Source of the DNA: Hydrolagus affinis
Taxonomy: Eukaryota
Length of the DNA stretch: 64,000 nucleotides
Direction of reading: 5' to 3'
Assembly (NCBI GenBank): GCA_012026655.1
Contig: JAAILG010000130.1
Location: 1 to 64,000 of the forward strand
Below are positions 61,647 through 64,000 of this stretch, one piece after another (positions within the stretch are counted from its first letter, which is position 1; the number at the start of each line of letters is the position of its first letter). The position numbers were made by a program, and so were the translations under genes. The notes under the pieces were generated by a model. The model was not told the DNA's origin. It did no database searches and saw nothing but the letters and a program-made list of their open reading frames with translations.

Positions 61647-63489
61647 ATGATCTCCAATGTTAGGACCTCTGTAACAAGGAGCAAATTTTTCCTTTATGCC
61701 CAATTAAAAGGGTGAACATTGGGCGCCGTCCCTGGCGGCGGCTGCCAGAGAGAAAAAAAAAGGAATTAAGAGAAAGATTATGTGGTGCAGAGTTTTGCGA
61801 CATGCGTTTGAATGAGGCTGTCGCCCTGATTAAACAGAACGCCAGCAGGATAACGTCAACCTGTCAGGGCTGAGACACCCAAATAAAAGAACTTATGGAA
61901 AAGCATTGCCGTGAATCCCTCACATTAACTATGCAATTGTCTTCTGCTTAAAGGAGGATGTTTGCAAGACACCGACAGGAATTGCCATTTGTTATTGTGA
62001 CACAGTGTCACAGGAGCAGCTGAATTTAGCGATACACACACACACTGTCAAAATATACCTCACTGCTAGACTTTACCAAAGGGGTGGGTGGTGGGGCGGG
62101 GTGTGGGGGGGGACAAAAGAAAAACACATAGAAATTAGATTTCTTATTTTGTGGTGTCACTGGCTGGGGAAGGGAGGAGAGAAGGAGGAAGGAAAGAGGG
62201 AGGAGGAGAGGTTGGCTGGTGCAGGAAGAAAGGCCGCATTTAATAAGAGCAAAATTCCAACTAAAGCGGGGAAGTGTTTTCTGACTTGTGGTTGATTGGA
62301 TGGCAAGTTTCACCCAAAAATGTTTTGCATGGTGCTCCATCACAGCCTCCTTCGTGTGTTTGTGAGCGGTTTGAAAAAGGATGGATTGTGATTAATATTA
62401 ATATTAATGGTGAGTCCGATGTAGATAATTCAAAACTATTTCCTCCCTCCCCACTCAACCAAAATTAATTGCTTTCAGGAAAACTGCAAACGAAGATTTG
62501 GGCGATATCTACATCTTGGTTCGGGGGTTATGCAAATATGAACAGAAAAGCGGCTAATTGTAAATGACACTAAGATGGTTATGGTATTACTGAACCACTC
62601 AAAATCACAGGGTTTATAACGTTTATATAATGTGGGGTGTATGGCTTAGACCTTGGGCTTTTCCTGTTCCCTTGTCCACTGTTTGCTCTGTGTGCTTTTG
62701 TGTGTGTGTGTGTGTGTGTGTGGCATTTCTTATATAGAAATTCCCAGTGCCCATTGTATCTAAGTCCTTTTCATCAGACCCACTTACTGGCTCTTTCCTG
62801 TAGCGCCATTGCTTTGCAACTCTTGATCTAGTTCTTCCTTTGGATATTTTTGTGGATCTAATCTCAGTCACCACCTGTAGGATATATCACACACAATGAC
62901 AAGCCTCTGGCTGAAGAGATTTCTCCTCACCTCTCCCGAAGACTGCGCCCAACCATCACCCATTCACCAACTAAAGGAAATAACTTTTCCCCATTCACCT
63001 TGTTTTGTCCTTCAGAATTCAAACAACTTAATTAAATTCCCTCTCAATTTCCTCTTCTTCTGTGGAAAAAGCATGAATTAACCAGCCTCTCTTCATATGT
63101 ACATATTCTCGTACCCTCTACAATATTTTGAAACTGTTAAATATTCCACACAAGTTAAAACATGATAGATTTCATAGCCTTTCTTACACATGGAAACGGC
63201 TCTCAATCCTAAAGTCCTTGTTACCTCATTGTTAACTCCTATGGTAAAACACCAGTGGGTTAAGACTGCCCTAGCTGGACAAGCAGAAGGAAGATATACC
63301 TTTTATCCAAGTGAAATCCTGTTGTGCAAGAACTTCCATGAACAGTCTCAATATACATTTCCAACAAGAATACAGTATATGAAAGGGATGATCAGAATAG
63401 ATTAAACTGTGAAGGTTTGCGCAGCAGCTGTCACAAACTGCTGTGAAAAGTTCTTTTCAACTGAGCTTTTGATCACCTTTTTCACCCCC

Positions 63490-63564
63490 CGAGTCCGGGA
63501 TCCGTTATTGTGAAGCGCCGTCTGGCGTGGAGGGCATTATATAAATCTAAGTTGTTGCTGTTGT
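63490..63564 (+). mobile_element. Young L2 3' tail
   Basis: GTGAAGCGCCGTCTGGCGTGGAGGGCATTATATAAATCTAAGTTGTTGCTGTTG, the same family as 44159-44224. Confidence 0.85.
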
Positions 63565-64000
63565 CTTTTTTTCTGGGGGATTGTGGTGTGGGGGTGGGTG
63601 AGTGAGATATTTCACTTTATGGAGAAATGATTTCACATTTTAACTTTTCTTGTTTTTTTTAAAAAGCACTGTTCACAAAGAGAAAGGTATTTTGTCCAAG
63701 ATGATCTTAAATTATTATTATTTAACAAAATGCATCTACAGACGCATTCCTTTGTTGAAACCAAATCCCTTCGTCCCTTCTACAGTGTTCAGGAGGCTGG
63801 ACTGGACTGAATGAGTTTAAATTCATCATTTGCAATGGAAGGAGGAAGCTGAGAATTAAAGACTACTTATCGTCTGCTGCCTGAATCTCAGGTACTTTAA
63901 AGTAATAGACATTTGGGATTAAAAACCCACGCGTTTTAAGTAATTACTCCAATTTTCTAGAAAGTGCTTTCAAATTTGCATCAGAAGAATTCTGCACTTA

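Noticed and set aside
1-64000. CRISPR array, operon or prokaryotic/viral defence-type system
   Set aside because: There are no regularly spaced repeats with unique spacers and no gene-dense segments; the DNA is vertebrate non-coding sequence.

Overview
Vertebrate non-coding DNA with no supportable intact protein-coding gene. The repeat content (an abundant tRNA-headed SINE with an L2-like tail, older Deu-domain SINEs, CR1, L2 and Penelope-like remnants) points to a cartilaginous fish, most likely a holocephalan of the elephant-shark type; this is inference from memory of repeat families. The first ~6.2 kb has no recognisable transposon and contains minus-strand splice signals consistent with two non-coding (5'UTR-like) exons plus upstream regulatory DNA of an unidentified gene that continues leftwards out of the window. 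The remaining ~58 kb is transposon-rich, with repeat-free islands that look like conserved enhancers and one 100-N assembly gap. The most interesting items are: a minimal hammerhead-ribozyme motif in a TSD-flanked Penelope-derived insertion (16040-16181); a zero-spacer tail-to-tail SINE palindrome (59505-60004); a possibly LF-SINE-related old family in several copies; a three-tier SINE evolutionary series with nested insertions; and a small Tc1/mariner-type MITE. I do not see evidence for a wholly new biological system. All alignments were done by eye, so boundaries are approximate (about +/-10-20 bp for decayed repeats).
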